Shown here one piece after another: positions 1-34,908 of a stretch of DNA of 64,000 nt. The first letter of the stretch is position 1. Each line of letters begins with the position of its first letter. The stretch is from Paragordius varius (Eukaryota > Animalia > Nematomorpha): contig OZ176053.1 in NCBI GenBank assembly GCA_964247055.1, forward strand, positions 10,726,001-10,790,000, in the 5' to 3' direction. The notes under the pieces were generated by a model that ran no database searches, had not been told where the DNA came from, and was given only the letters and a program-made list of their open reading frames with translations. The translations under genes and the position numbers were made by a program.

Positions 1-359
1 CATTTAAAACCTGGTATGTAGTAATACATAAAATCTGGTAAATGGTATTTGCCAAGAGCTACAAATTCATTTTTTACTTCAATCATTTAAATCCGCCTCA
101 AGATGTACAAATTATCCTTTGTAAATATAAAAATTTATTAATGTAAGTTTTAGTATTTGTACTGATAGTGCAACCAGAAATCTTCTGAATCAACATTTTT
201 TATGTATTTAAAATTATGATTTATAAAAAAAAGCTACCCTCAAATAATGTTTTTTTGAGTAATATTTAATGACTGTCCTACTCCAAACCGCAAACAGAGA
301 TATAAATATTGGATGATTTGTGTCTGAAGTGAAAATGAATGTTTTAATAGTTAATATAC

Positions 360-422
360 GTGCCCGCATGAAATTTTCTCCCAAAAATGTAGCCCACGGG
401 AAAAAAAGGTTGGCTACCCCTG
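360..422. mobile_element. 3' end of a hAT (Charlie/SPIN-type) non-autonomous element
   Basis: TGTAGCCCACGGGAAAAAAAGGTTGGCTACCCCTG ends at 422 and matches the ...GGCCC...TTGG.CACCCCTG terminus of the other hAT MITEs in the window. The other end was not located. Confidence 0.5.
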
Positions 423-2618
423 ATGTATACATTGCAGTATCTTCTTTTGAATTAATTAATGCAAACTATCAAACATAAAATAAGTATGTCAGCCTCACGC
501 AATATATAATTAAGTATTCTATTTCAATTGATTTAGTTGGAGTTGTATATTATTATTATCATTAATTTCAATCATCCAGAATAACGGTTTATCCTTTGTA
601 GGTTCATTAAAAAAAATTCTGCGACTTATCAGAGGAAGATTAAGGTTTTGTCGGTCAGAATCGGAAACAAATTTTGGAGTGTAAGAATATTGACGTCTTA
701 CGTTTATATAGTGGAATGGTTATCTAATAATACAACCACTTTTTTTGATAACAAAATGGAATGAACAATTTAGCCCAATATTTTTATTCGCGATTCAACA
801 TGATATATAATATTTTTTCAGCATTCAAAAATGTACCATTAGCTTCTTTTGAAGCCTTTTCCGGAACCGAGCAAACAGTTCCCAAAAATATATTTTTTAA
901 ATTATTTTTTTATATTTTTTTAAACACAAAATTATATCTTAGAATTTTTAAAGGAAAGAAAAAATAAAATTTTATAAGCCTTCGATTTTTGGCTGTTAAT
1001 ATTACAATTAGCCTATCAAATTTATAAAAATGATACCATAGTCAGAACTATTTGACAACTTACCAATGCAGACCAATTTTTTTCGAGACAAAATATTGAC
1101 TTCAAACCGGTACCTCTTATTGAACAGATTTTGCGCATATAAGGTATTAACTGCATCTGCGGGATATAACCCACCATAGGTATATTGAAAAGAAAATTTA
1201 AACGAGGCACATTGGCTTATATATTTCTATCGAATTTCGGATGTGTTTTATAATAATACAAACAATATTTAAAGAGTAATATCTTGCTATACTGACTTTT
1301 ATTTCCCGATGGAATATCGATAAAAAATGTCTTATTAGTGGCATTAGCCTTAATAACATCATTGGTAGTGTTGTAAAAAATTTACAGCTAAAATCAATAA
1401 TAAACCTCATCATATATAGTTAACATTAAACTCAATATTGTTATCCGTGTTTTTGCATGAAAAAAATAATATTTTTTTATAAATCATTTTGTTATAATAA
1501 AAATAATTTAGACGATGTGGTATTTTTTTTATACATATATGTACGAAGATCCATTTAATATTTACGCATTGGATAAAAAATAAAAAAAGCAAAAAGATTT
1601 TTTTATAATTTGCTGTATAACTTCTTTTTATCCATTTTTTATTTCATTTTTACATTTTTTTTCATTCGAAATATCCATTGATTTTCTGCAATTCGTTTTA
1701 TGTATTAATGTGTGAAAGAAGACAAAATTGGTTTGGAATAATATTCTTTGAAACTTAAGGTATTCATATATTTCACTCTTTTTAATAAATTTTTAAGATT
1801 TAAATGTGTCCTTTTGTTTTCAATAATACAATTTAAAGGTTATTTCAGTCATGACTGATGATGCGGTTTTATTTATAAAATTATAATATTTTCGAAAATC
1901 ATTCTATCCGCTGTCCAATTCATATTCTTATAAAATGTTGTTTTGCAATTTTGAAAAATATTTACTCAAAAAGCCCACATAGTAATTATTTAATTTGATG
2001 CTCCTGTTGGATCAATAGTTGACACAAAATAATTCCAGATTTTATCTCGAGATACTACATATCGATTTTAGCTATATGGTAATAAATTATTCTTAGCATA
2101 TTGTACAAAATTTACCAACACCCACACTTATAAAATATTTATTTTATCTATCGTTACATCACGCAAGGCTATTTTATACTCCTTATCACCATCTCCTTTA
2201 TAGGTAGATAGCTGCATACATATATTAACTCTATCGATTTTTTTTCTCATAAAAATGGCCTAAAGTTAGAATTTCTTATATGTTCAACAGAGCACTATAA
2301 ACAAGAATAGTATAAACGTACAAAACGATGATACGATCTGGACTGCACTGGACTGGTGGCCAAAATAAAGAGAAAAAAAATTAAATTAACATTTTTATTT
2401 CAGGGGACACAGCAATGTATTTACGTCATTGTACAGCTTTTTGTGTGTTCTCTCCTCTATAGATTAACTATGCGTAGAATAAGTCCATACAATACTTGAT
2501 AAATAATTTTTTTATTGATCAGGCTATATATATTTTTTAGCGTATATATTTTATACATTAAAGCAGCTATTCGGTTAAATAACTGGTTGGAAAATTCCTG
2601 AATCAAAAGACCTCTAAA

Positions 2619-25735
<23,117 letters not shown>

Positions 25736-25932
25736 TTGACTTTCATTAAATAAATATTTCATAAAAACCATGTGCAATAGTATAATCATTCTCTTCAAAT
25801 AAAGATATGAGTAACAAAGAAAGTCAACTAATATATTGATTATATATAAATCATATTTCTAGCTTTTTACGCATAAAGCATTACTTTAGCTTAAACCTTT
25901 AAGACATATTATTTATATTGTTATTATATATA

Positions 25933-26727
25933 CCATTTACACTTCAAGAGTGTCCTTAAACAATTCAAGTTGGTCCTTGAACAATTCAAGTTGGTCCTTG
26001 AACAGTTCAAGTTGGTCCTTGAACAATTCAAGTTGGACCTTGAACAGTTCAAGTTGGTCCTTGTACAATTCAAGTTGGTCCTTAAACAATTCAAGTTGGT
26101 CCTTGAACAATTCAAGTTGGTCCTTAAAATTTATAAATTTTGATTTAACCATAATTTTTGCATTTATTTATTTATTTTATTATTTATTTACCTAATTTTC
26201 TGTATTTATTATATATTTATTCTTTTAAAAATAAAATTTATTATTGAAAAACGACTTTTTTTGTTTAAAACTATTTTTTTTCAATTCAACAAAATTATTG
26301 ACTTTTAGATGTTTTTAATAAAAAATTTTAATTTATAACCCAGAAAACTTATATAATTTTTCATTTCATGTAAAAATATTATAAATATCCAAATTTATTT
26401 TAAGAAATTAATAAAGATATACGGTTTTTCAAAGATTAAAAGTTGATATCGATTTAAAATTTATGTTAAATAATAGAAAATAGGTTAAAAACAATAAAAT
26501 AGACGAATTATTTTCGATTTGATTGATAAAAGTTAAAAACAAAGCAAAAAAGTTAAAGGACCAACTTGAATTGTTCAAGGACCAACTTGAATTGTTCAAG
26601 GACCAACTTGAACTGTTCAAGGACCAACTTGAATTGTTCAAGGACCAACTTGAATTGTTCAAGGACCAACTTGAATTGTTCAAGGTCCAACTTGAATTGT
26701 TCAAGGACACTCTTGAAGTGTAAATGG
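25933..26727. mobile_element. Foldback/MITE element C with 21-bp terminal arrays
   Basis: Unit CCTTGAACAATTCAAGTTGGT, 8 copies left and 7 inverted copies right; terminal 21-mer CCATTTACACTTCAAGAGTGT; flanked by TATA on both sides; about 420-bp AT-rich core. Confidence 0.93.
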
Positions 26728-26936
26728 TATATTATCCCTCATTTTTACCGTTATTTATTATGCGTATATGTTCGTACTTAAATATATGTTCAAATAAATA
26801 AATTAATTAATCAATTTGTTATAATGTGTCATATACAAGATCATATGTAAAATATCCTAATTTTAATATAGATTTTGAAATTTTTTTTAGAAATATTGAG
26901 ATTCTCCTCCCACCAAAAAATATTTTTTAATTTGTT

Positions 26937-29911
26937 TTATGGATCTTGATCAAAGGGTCGACCCCACAAAGCAGCTGATAATAAGGGTTTGGAAAATCCC
27001 TGAACAGCTACAATGGAGGGCACATTTTCATGAAACCACCATTCGGCTTTGCGTGGTAATTTTGCGCCTTCAGTTAAAACTATGGGGTAAACATGAGTAT
27101 TTTTTGCCGATTTTCCTAAAATAAAAATGTTTATTTCCATAAAATCATATTTAATGCATTGAAATTAAGTAAATGAGCCAAGTTACAGATACAAAAATTG
27201 TTATCAAAAATAATACATGTACAAAATCTGTCTTTGTGTATATAACTTACTAATCATGTTTTGAGCAGTTAAATTAAAATAGGAGAATTGGTAGGGCAGT
27301 GTATCACGATCAAATGATACGCAATGGCCTGAATTGAGATCAACATTGCATACGGCAAAAGCACAAATAGATATCCACCAGCTTTTGTACTCCATTTGTA
27401 ATCCATTGAAAACGGCTAAAACCATTTCTTTTGCGTTAGAAAGAGTGTTCTAAATGCAAAAATTTAATAAAAAGGACCTGAGAGCTTATATAGCAGTAAT
27501 TTACGGTAATAAACAGTGCACGTATATGTGGTGACTAATAATCAAATTTAATCAATAAAATAGTTTTAACAATAATTAACTATCAAGAAAATATTGGCAA
27601 AATATATGAAATTTTATTATTTTTTTACATTAATTTTAAATTTAACACCATATCATTTTTTTGTATCGTGTACCAAACATATATTTAACAGTCAGTCATA
27701 AATTCCTACTATCCGGTAAAAAACCTAGTTTTTATATCATCTCATAAATCAAACTAAATTGTAAAGCAAAATAAAAACTAAGTCATTTAGTAGACATACT
27801 TTAGTCACAGACATTGGATCAAATTGGTAGGATAGGTGACAACAAAATGTTCCATTGCATACGCTTGTATGTGACAGTTGTATGGTTGATTGTGGTTGTT
27901 TTCTATAATAAAACGCATCATTTTCGTTGCGATAGCTTTCATCATGAGAAAATGGTAATGGTTTCTTAATAATTTTGAAGGGCACATGATTAATCAAGGT
28001 TGATGTAAAGATATTTTGTAATTTTTCCCGAAAATCTCGTTTAAACGCAGAGTTTGATGTCGTCTTATTCGTTTCCAATACGCGATTATTTTTAATCCTT
28101 TTAGTTTCGGCGTAAAGCATATCAATTATTTCATTACCATCCATATCAAGTTTATTTGTCAAGATTATATCTGTTTCAAAACTTTCAGGTCCATTAATGT
28201 TTTCGAGAAATGTTTGTGCATGTTGGATATCTTTAAATTGTTCAGTATCCATAAAATTATATGTATTAGATGAAGAACGCCTTAACAATTTTGAATGCAA
28301 TTTATTTTTTATTTGACTGTTATCCCCAGGTTTGCACGGAACTTCGGCAATAAGCAATTGCCCCCCACTGCCATTTTCTATATTATAAGAAAATTAAATT
28401 ATGTCTAACGATATTTTTAAAACCAAATTATATAATATATGAGAAAATCCATATTAAATGGCGGTGAGATATTGGTTTTAAATTTTTAACATAAGGATAT
28501 ATAAAAAATAAGCTCAGTAGTAGGAAACGGACGTGGAACTTAATTTTTTTTACATATTTATAGAAATTAGTTTAATATACAAGATTGGTAATTTATATTA
28601 TATTTTATTTTTCAACATTAAACATTTATTGATTAGTAGATAATGTTACAATGATATGTATTAGCCTTGATATACCAAATAACCATATTCTATGTTCTCT
28701 TGTTAAACCTTAAAAAATTAACATAATGCATTTAATATTGATGCGTAGCACAAATCTAAAAATCAGTGAAACTTTTTAGGCCGATCGAATTTATTTATGT
28801 AATTATGATATAATCGATTTTTTTAAAATTCTAACTACTTGTATTCAATTTAATGACAAAACACCGCTAAAAGCATAAATTTTTACGGAATTTATAAGTT
28901 GTTTTTAGTGCTCCCATTTTTCCAGAATAAATACCACTGCCACGTGAGCCCAGATATCCATCTTCGTGCAAATTGGCAGCTAGCAAATTTACGTTTGCCA
29001 TGACGGAATAAGCCGATTGAATAGCGTTAGCGGTTAGAAAGGGCAAAACATCAGGCCAATCCGTAGGAAAGACTATGTTTTTGACCCCTAATTTTTCCTA
29101 AAATATTTAGGTGATAAGAATTTTAATATTCAATCTAAATTTTTACATATTATAAACGTTCATATACGAATAAATTACAATTAAATCAAAAGCCGGCAAT
29201 TTCCAATTTATATCAAAGCAGGTAAAAATCCCAAATGGTTCCATAGTAAAGTGTGTATTGAAGGTTACCAAATCACACGTATCGGGATAATTAAAATTGG
29301 GCTCACCACATAAATGACATTTTCTAAATTTTGCGATTAAATTGCCGCTTGAGTCAAAAGCGATATTGGTATTGTATTGTTTATACAACGAAGTTACATT
29401 GTTTGACGAAGAAAGATTACCACATATACCATCGATAAAAAAGAAATTTTTTAATGTGTGTGGTTCTTTATCAGCTTTCTAACGATAAAATATTAGTAAT
29501 ACTTCGCCTAAATTAGCCACAATATATAATTTGTATTTCTTCGCTAAGCAGCTTAAAGAGCGTAAGGCGGAATCGTTATATATGGATATATCATGGCAGG
29601 GATTCACAAATGATTTATTATCCAAATTAGGTATTTTTTCCAAATAAGGTTCCATTTCTTGTGGTTTTTCATGGAAAGCGGTAAGGCCATATTCAGGAAA
29701 AACTATAATATTTGCACCCAAAAAATATATTAAAATATACCATATAAGCAGCTAACTGGATTTGCTTTTCATAAACAAGTAAGTTTGAATTTATGTATTC
29801 TTTTGGGGGCAAGTTTCTATTATTTTCTGGTCTGTGCTCATAAATAGCTGCAATATAAGAGCAAGCATGAATTGATTCAAATATCAACGGGTAAAAAAAT
29901 ATATACCACAT
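26937..29911 (-). CDS. Vanin/biotinidase-family (nitrilase superfamily) amidohydrolase, probably secreted
   Basis: Exons give YIAAIYEH, GANIIVFPEYG (catalytic E), KFRKCHL (K), FGIFTCFD (C), FPTDW, GSGIY, CNGTFCCHL and a C-terminal LWGRPFDQDP*. Hydrophobic N-terminus, no GPI-type tail. Confidence 0.9.
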
Positions 29912-29954
29912 TTTGAATTAAAAAACACCTGATTTTACTTTTACCTGTTTTTTA

Positions 29955-29990
29955 TATTGATTCGCGTCAACAGAGCTTGATCGAACAATA
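29955..29990 (+). promoter_or_regulatory. Iron-responsive element (IRE) in the ferritin 5' UTR
   Basis: TATTG-A-TTCG-C-GTCAA-CAGAGC-TTGAT-CGAA-CAATA: lower stem, bulged C, 5-bp upper stem and a CAGWGH-type loop, 19 nt before the ferritin ATG. Confidence 0.9.
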
Positions 29991-30008
29991 TTATATAAAT
30001 TATAAGAT

Positions 30009-30623
30009 ATGAATAGAGTACGCCAAAATTTTTCCCAAGAAGTCGAGGCTGGATTGAATAAGCAAATTAATTTGGAGTTGTATGCATCCTATACTTATTT
30101 ATCTATGGTAAAATTTATTTAATATTTTAGGCCACTTATTTTGACAGGGATGATGTAGCTTTGCATAATGTTTCCAAATATTTTGTGGAACAATCAGACG
30201 AAGAACGTTATCATGCAAGTAAATTGATTAAGTATCAAAATATGCGTGGGGGTCGAGTGGTATTTAAACCTATAGAGGTAAAATTTTAGTTTTTTTTTTT
30301 CCGCAGAAACCCGAAAAGGATAATTGGGGAAGCCTATTAGATGCTTTTACTGCTGCTTTAAAGTTGGAAAAAAATGTCAATGCTTCCCTATTGGAGCTTC
30401 ATGCATTGGCTGGTGCTCATGTGGATCCTAATGTATATTTATTAACCAAATTATTTAGCTTCAAGATTTCGTGGATGAATACCTAAAAGAGCAGGTGTAT
30501 TCTATCAAGGAATTATCAGATCATCTTACTAACATTGAAAGAGTTGGCCCAGGTTTGGGCGAGTATCAATTTGATCAGCACTTTTACGATCAAAGTGAAT
30601 ACAGCAAAAAGGAAAAACTTTAA
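30009..30623 (+). CDS. FTH1: Ferritin, heavy-chain (ferroxidase) type, 4 exons
   Basis: MNRVRQNF...[15 protein letters not shown]|[11 protein letters not shown]...EERYHA...RGGRVVF...E|KPEKDNWGS...LEKNVN...DPN|LQDF...EQV...GLGEYQFD. Ferroxidase residues are present. Introns 30108-30130, 30278-30306, 30433-30458. Confidence 0.96.
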
Positions 30624-30915
30624 ATTTCTTAATTAATGTTCATTAATTAGTATCACGCACATCAATTATGTTCACATTGCTGTATTTTTTAAAATGCTCA
30701 TAACATTTACTATATGTATTAATTGCACCCACTATTTAACCACATTATTATGTGAAAAAAATTTCATTATATTATCAAAAAAATCATTAGCCACTCTATT
30801 TACAACGAAAATAAATTTTTATCCAACTAATAGTAATATATTTTTAGGGGTAAAACACGTTTTTTACTATGCAAATTCTTGACAAAATATCCAAAACAAT
30901 TTGAATAAACCAAAA

Positions 30916-33900
30916 ATGAATTTCGTATCGATTCTCATAATTTTGTCAATATTTTTGTTTCTGAAATTGAAACAAATAAAATTTTATGTAAAATTGATAA
31001 CATATTATTCCATATTTCTTATTCTTATGGCCACCTGGCCATTCTTTTTATTTCGAAAGATTGAAGCCAACAACATGGGGTAAGATATGTTTATCTACTA
31101 ATAAATAAACCCATTAATTTTAAATTTTTCTCTTTATTACTGAGGTTAAATAAAACAAATAATTGCATTTTTTCTCTCAACATACGCTGTTTCAAATATT
31201 ATCTTGGATTTTTTGTTAGAAAATTTTTTATGAAAATTTATGTTTCAAATTAGCTCATGAATTTGTTTTTATCAAATCTTTGCCTGAATATTATACATCA
31301 TATGCCTTATTGATTAAGATATAACATAACACACCCTTATTTTTGTATAAGTTATTACAAAAATTTGGATTAAAACTATACTTGATTTATAAAATAAAAA
31401 TAGTTTTATATTCTTGAACCCAAACATTCTTAATAGTATCGTGAGGAATGGACTAAAACAATTCTAAGAGATTTTTGGGGAAAATTTTTGATTTGGTTTT
31501 TCGAATATATAAATCATGAAAAGTTCTGAATAATTGTGCAATATTATTTGCCAATAGGCAGACTTAGGACCTATGTATTATTATATTTCCTAAATATATT
31601 ATTATATGGTTAAGTTTTACACTATCATATAACCGGTCTAATTGTTTATGGATAAAATCGTTCATGTTGATAACCACTTGATTATATCACAGTTGGACAT
31701 GTATGTTCTAACTAACCGATTTATCAAAGTCCACATTTCATAGTAATTAATATTTATAAGCGACATAAATAAAAGAAATAAATGATTATAAAATTATATA
31801 TATTTAACAAATTGATTTATTAATTTAGGCTCCGGTCATCATAAATACATTCGTACGCTCAAATAAAACATAATAAAAATTATAGAGATTTATCATGCTC
31901 GCAATTAGTTTAATAAAATATTTTTTAACTCTTTAAGAATATTTTTTTATGTGTTTTATATTTTGGTCTTTTAAAATACAAATAAATATGTTTCTTATGA
32001 TTTAGCTTATATTTTTGGTTCCTGGAAAATGTTTGTCGCATATTCGGTTTCTTCCGCATACAAATTATTGATAAAGAAAATCTTGAAAAATTTTCATCTT
32101 ACGTTATTGTAAGTAACCATCAAAGTTCCTTAGATTTAATAGGTAAATTTTATCAGAAATACACTTTATACATTTTATTCACTTTAATATTAATAATTTT
32201 TACATAGTTTTTCCTATGTATTTGACACTATTTAATATTATAAATTAATCACATGCTTTCATTTTGTATAGCCTTAGCGAAAATTTGGCCTGAAAATTGT
32301 ACCATTCTTGCCAAAAAAGAATTAAAGTATGTTTTGCCATTAGGATTGCTTTCTTATAGAAGCGGAACTGTATATGTCGATCGTAAAAATCATGTGAAGG
32401 CCAAACATACGCTTGATCAATTGGCAGAAAGTATGATACGAAAAAAGGTTTTATATTTTTATTAATTTGATTTCATTTTTGCGTTAAAATGCAGTTAGTT
32501 TTGAGTTAAGTGTTGAAAACAATATGTATTATTTTTAAATGATTAGCGAAATTAACATGAAAAAAAAATTGAAAGCAATCTTGTAATCAAGAGTTGGTAA
32601 TGGCTTAACTGCACAAATAATATCATTTTATTTAAAAATTATAAACCACATTTACCATTATCAAAAGTCATAATATAATTTTAATACTTGGAAAAAGGGC
32701 AAGAGTTGTCCTCTGATCATGATAAATCGCATTTCTATAAACGAAAATGTTTAATTTCTAAAATAGCGAATAAATACGGAAAGGGCCTATACAAACATTT
32801 TCAAAGTTAATAGTTTATTTATAGCCGTTTAATTATAATAACATAATATCAGCTGTTTATTGCAATTGTATTTTGCATTTTTGATTGTTTTGGTTCTGAT
32901 AATCATCAAAAAATAAAGTTAAATTATATCATTTTCCCGTTTAGCTTTTGGTTTGTATATTAAATCTCATTTATTTATAAAGGGCCATTTAAATTCAAAA
33001 AGTTGAAAATATAGCGCTGATTATAGGCGGATCACTTTTTTAAATTAGCCCTCAGTGCGCTAGTAGAGGTTGTGAAAAAATTTTGATACTAAACGCATAT
33101 ATTTACGAGTTGTTGCGAGTATTAGATCCAATTCAACAATTTTTACAATAGAAAACAGGAAAATGACCCTAGATTTGGTGATCAACTACAAATTAAATTG
33201 TTTTTTAAATAAAACTGCATTTACGGTTAAGGTAATAGTATTAAAATCTGTGGAAACTAAAAATTGTGAGACCCCCCCAATAAAAAATATCCAAATACGA
33301 TATATATTTTGTTTAGTTATTCCGTGAGTTTGATGGAGTAAAAGCATGACTAATTTGTTAACAGTTATTTTTTCACCTGGTCCATTACTTAAATTCGTAC
33401 AAAAAAATTTTGTATTTAAAAATAATAATACTTGCATGACCTTGCAAGCTAAGTCTAAAAATTATGCGTTCCTGGTATTTTTAAATATAATATAATAACT
33501 AGTATAATCTTTGGTTATATTGTCATTTATTTTAGATAAAAGTTTGGGTCTTCCCAGAAGGAACGCGAAATCCATCAACAAAACTTTTACCATTCAAAAA
33601 AGGAGCTTTTCACTTGGCCCTTCAAGCTAAAGTATATGCAATCGTTTTTTATATAAATTCATTGAATTTACAAATATATTCAACTTTGAAATCAATTAAT
33701 TTTATTATTATATAAATCAAACCTATATTTACTCAAAAAAATGCATACATAAATACCCCAACTTGGTAAAATAAAGAAAAAGATTTAGCCTTTAACATAC
33801 ATGCTTTTTAATAAATTTTTATTTTAACGGGAACATTATATTTTTAGGGTGTCATTAGATTTGTTAGCCTCATCAAATGTCATTATATATAATTTCCAAT

Positions 33901-34851
33901 TTTTTTATTAGGTACCCATACTACCGATAGTTATATCATCGTTTCAACCCTTCTATTCCAAGCATGAAAAACGATTTGATACAGGTTTACATTTATAGTA
34001 ATTTTGATTGATTTACTCACGCATATTTTAACGGGTACTTTTGGATAGAGGAAGCTATCAGCTTTCAAAATCCGATCACCAACATGAGTCCATGTTGTTT
34101 TTCAGCCATAAAACCCTGTGCCCTGTCACCCTTTATAATGGCTGTATAAGAAAAATATCTAGTGGCATACTGCAAATTAGTTTATATGTATTTGTCAGTT
34201 AAAATTTTGGACTGAATATTTTGTTCACCTTTTCTAACTTAAACAAAACTGTTTATCAATCAATATTTGGCCTTAAATCGTTTCCCTCTCAAATAAGCGA
34301 AAAGTTTGCGCAAAATTTCCAAAGCCAAAAGATGATGACATTTAAATAGGTTGTTACTAACAACACTCATAACTTTTTGATAAGTTATCTCTCAGTTATA
34401 AATAAAATAATTGTTATTTTACCTGTTTTTATTATAGTATTCCATTTAACAAACATAATTTTACAAACTATAAAAGCTGCTTTAAATATTGGGTCTTTTT
34501 GTTTTAACTACTCAATTACATAGTTTTTGATCTTTGGTTCACCAATCGTAACACTATGTATGGTTGCTTATATATATATATATATATAACGATTTGGCCT
34601 AAAATAATATACACACACTCTTACTATATTTTGCCCAAGGTAAAAGCATAAATAGATTTAAAATTATATTTATGTGATACACGAATTTAATTTGACAAAT
34701 TGTAGGAAGCATTACGATTGCATGTTTACCCCCTATGGATACGACCCATATAACAAATGGACAAGAGATGAATGATTTCGTTGACAATGTAAGATCAGTG
34801 ATGCAATCCACTTTCACCAACATTAGTAAAATTAAAGATAATATGGAATAA
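30916..34851 (+). CDS. 1-acyl-sn-glycerol-3-phosphate acyltransferase (AGPAT1/2-type LPAAT), 6 exons
   Basis: Hydrophobic N-terminus (30916-31079), NHQSSLD (about 32115-32135), [14 protein letters not shown] (33542), [15 protein letters not shown], last exon ...CLPPMDT...ME* (34707-34851). Confidence 0.93.
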
Positions 34852-34908
34852 AGTACAAAATTTTTCTATATATAATACATATATTATATCAAAACTTTAA
34901 CAATAAAA

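Noticed and set aside
1022-1413. Possible minus-strand exon(s) ending at a GTAAGT donor near 1062, and a possible plus-strand terminal exon at 602-686
   Set aside because: No recognisable motif, the frame is ambiguous, and I could not build a consistent gene model.
25924-26781. KDQLELF/NCSRTNL repeat ORFs, and a CRISPR-like appearance of the arrays
   Set aside because: The units are head-to-tail with no unique spacers, there are no cas genes, and the context is eukaryotic. They are the terminal arrays of element C.
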